Shown here: positions 61,627-64,000 of the stretch, piece by piece | Position numbering within the stretch: the stretch's first letter is position 1 | How the letters are laid out: every line of letters begins with the position of its first letter | DNA from: Salpingoeca rosetta | Lineage: Eukaryota; Protista; Choanoflagellata | Assembly: GCA_033442325.1 (NCBI GenBank) | Contig: JAWQFM010000029.1 | Location: 59,066-123,065 of the forward strand | DNA: 64,000 nucleotides | Direction of reading: 5' to 3' | The notes under the pieces: model-generated | Told to the model about the DNA's origin: nothing | The model's input: only the letters and a program-made list of their open reading frames with translations | Database searches by the model: none | Translations under genes and position numbers: made by a program

Positions 61627-62234
61627 GAATGTGTGTGAAAGTGAGGTGTGATCGTGCGATGAGTGCAGGTGCAGCTCATATGCCGGCCAAACTGTCTGCC
61701 GACCACCGTGACCAACGCGAGAAGGATAGCGCAAATCCCCCTCTCCTGTATCCAAAGTCCACAACTCGATCGCGTGCGGGGTTGACCTACAAGGTTTCGA
61801 CGGGCTTGCCATGATGAGCGGCGAATAAAAGGCGGGCAAGCAAGCAGCAAGGCGGGAGAATGAGCTCCTCCTCTCCCCGCTCTCTGCCTCGCTTGGAGTC
61901 CGCGCTCCTGTCGCTGGTTGCTGGTTGGTTGCTGGTTGGTGCGCTGTTGTGGACACTTCCGCAACCAAGGAAGCGAGGGAGGGGGAAGGTGAAGAGTGTT
62001 GGCTGGGGCGTGGTATGCAAGCAACCACCGCTTGCGTTTGATTGGTCGTTGTTGATTGGTGGTGTTGTTGTGTAGGACAGCAGCAGTCAAACGTGTGCGA
62101 AAAAAGCAAAACTCGCACGTCCCGTCAGGGTCGACTGAATTCAGCCTTGATTGAAGTCAGTTGCCACAGTTGACGAGTCAGTGGAGAGGTGGAGAAAGCG
62201 AAAGAGAGTTGCTTCAACCACACACACACACACA

Positions 62235-62328
<94 letters not shown>

Positions 62329-63306
62329 ACACACGCGCACACCCCAAGATACTAGGGGTGTGAGGGGCGCCGAGGCGGTGGAGGCATGGGGGGAACTGCC
62401 CCCTTCTCACGCTACAACCAGGACTTTGAACATGCGTGTCACCCGGGGGGGGGGGGGGGGGNNNNNNNNNNNNNNNNNNNNNNNNNNNNNNNNNNNNNNN
62501 NNNNNNNNNNNNNNNNNNNNNNNNNNNNNNNNNNNNNNNNNNNNNNNNNNNNNNNNNNNNNNNNNNNNNNNNNNNNNNNNNNNNNNNNNNNNNNNNNNNN
62601 NNNNNNNNNNNNNNNNNNNNNNNNNNNNNNNNNNNNNNNNNNNNNNNNNNNNNNNNNNNNNNNNNNNNNNNNNNNNNNNNNNNNNNNNNNNNNNNNNNNN
62701 NNNNNNNNNNNNNNNNNNNNNNNNNNNNNNNNNNNNNNNNNNNNNNNNNNNNNNNNNNNNNNNNNNNNNNNNNNNNNNNNNNNNNNNNNNNNNNNNNNNN
62801 NNNNNNNNNNNNNNNNNNNNNNNNNNNNNNNNNNNNNNNNNNNNNNNNNNNNNNNNNNNNNNNNNNNNNNNNNNNNNNNNNNNNNNNNNNNNNNNNNNNN
62901 NNNNNNNNNNNNNNNNNNNNNNNNNNNNNNNNNNNNNNNNNNNNNNNNNNNNNNNNNNNNNNNNNNNNNNNNNNNNNNNNNNNNNNNNNNNNNNNNNNNN
63001 NNNNNNNNNNNNNNNNNNNNNNNNNNNNNNNNNNNNNNNNNNNNNNNNNNNNNNNNNNNNNNNNNNNNNNNNNNNNNNNNNNNNNNNNNNNNNNNNNNNN
63101 NNNNNNNNNNNNNNNNNNNNNNTTTTCATTTTTTTTTGTTTGTAGGCTAGATGTTATTTTCTTCTACACCAATTACGTTTTGCTTCTCTCCACGCGATAC
63201 CCCACATAAACGCACATTACTCACACCCCAACTACAATATCCATACTAATCTCACATATATTGTTTCTTTTTTCGTTCAGGATGGGGGTGAGTTTAGTGA
63301 CACAGA

Positions 63307-63380
<74 letters not shown>

Positions 63381-63553
63381 ACACACCCACACACCTGAAG
63401 ATGCGAGGGTTGCGAGGGCGGGGGGGGGGGGGGGGCAGGGGGGTTCTCCCCCTTCCACACCCCAACCAGGAATTGAAGGGGCGTGGGGGGGGGGGGGGGG
63501 GGGGTTTGCATGTGTGTGTTTGTGTGTGTTTGTGTGTGTGTGCGTGTGTTTGC

Positions 63554-63633
<80 letters not shown>

Positions 63634-63736
63634 TCTCTTGTTGCTTGCATGCTCACACGTGCTCACGCGCATCACCAACCCCAACAACCACCGTCGCCAT
63701 CTCATCACGCCGCTTGCCCAGACACCTCCGAGTCGA

Positions 63737-64000
63737 ATGTCCTGCAAGCAGTCAACGGCACTGGTTGTGGTCGGCGTGGTCGCTGCCATCTTCATCACAG
63801 TGCAGGCCCTCGCCTTCTTTGAATTCTCCTCATCATCCGCCAATGTGGACTTGCACACGCACTTCCAGCAGCAACAACACCACGAGCAGCAGGGGCACCA
63901 CACAGACCAAAACCAACAGATGCACGAGCCACACCAGCAGGCACACGGCGACACAGATGGCTTCAAGGACAAAACAGATCACGGGCAGCAGGGTGTGCCA
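63737..64000 (+). CDS. 5' end of a probable type II membrane protein (Golgi-enzyme-like topology), 3'-partial
   Basis: MSCKQSTALVVVGVVAAIFITVQALAFFEF followed by a Q/H-rich stem; the frame stays open to the window edge. Confidence 0.5.
   Translation, partial: MSCKQSTALVVVGVVAAIFITVQALAFFEFSSSSANVDLHTHFQQQQHHEQQGHHTDQNQQMHEPHQQAHGDTDGFKDKTDHGQQGVP

Noticed and set aside
62340-63300. Compositionally odd AT-rich and poly-G sequence
   Set aside because: It directly flanks an N gap and most likely represents low-quality read ends.

Overview
Eukaryotic, intron-rich, GC-rich genomic DNA with (CA/TG)n-filled introns and four assembly gaps. Composition and gene content suggest a choanoflagellate such as Salpingoeca rosetta (inference, not verified). 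Contents from left to right: (1) the 3' part of a large secretin/adhesion-type 7TM receptor gene whose ectodomain has a cohesin-like segment, two polybasic sites, a dockerin-like double Ca2+ loop and 13 Cys-rich 24-25-aa repeats, but no GAIN/GPS domain; (2) a ~12.5-kb nest of degenerate Ty1/copia retrotransposons and solo LTRs; (3) FIG4/Sac3 phosphoinositide phosphatase; (4) an SLC46-type MFS transporter head-to-head with a CHERP homologue; (5) an intronless Gal-3-O-sulfotransferase-like gene; (6) a small unknown gene whose first intron holds a 173-bp compositionally foreign insert flanked by perfect 62-bp direct repeats; (7) an intronless GT31+GT25 fusion glycosyltransferase; (8) a PPP4R1-like HEAT protein; (9) a large protein with an unrecognised 37-aa HPDNHKFRD..W repeat, an acidic region and a PDZ domain; (10) a junctophilin-like MORN/tail-anchor gene; (11) the start of a type II membrane protein. 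Most ORF-track entries are microsatellite or antisense artefacts. Exon boundaries were read by eye and are approximate.
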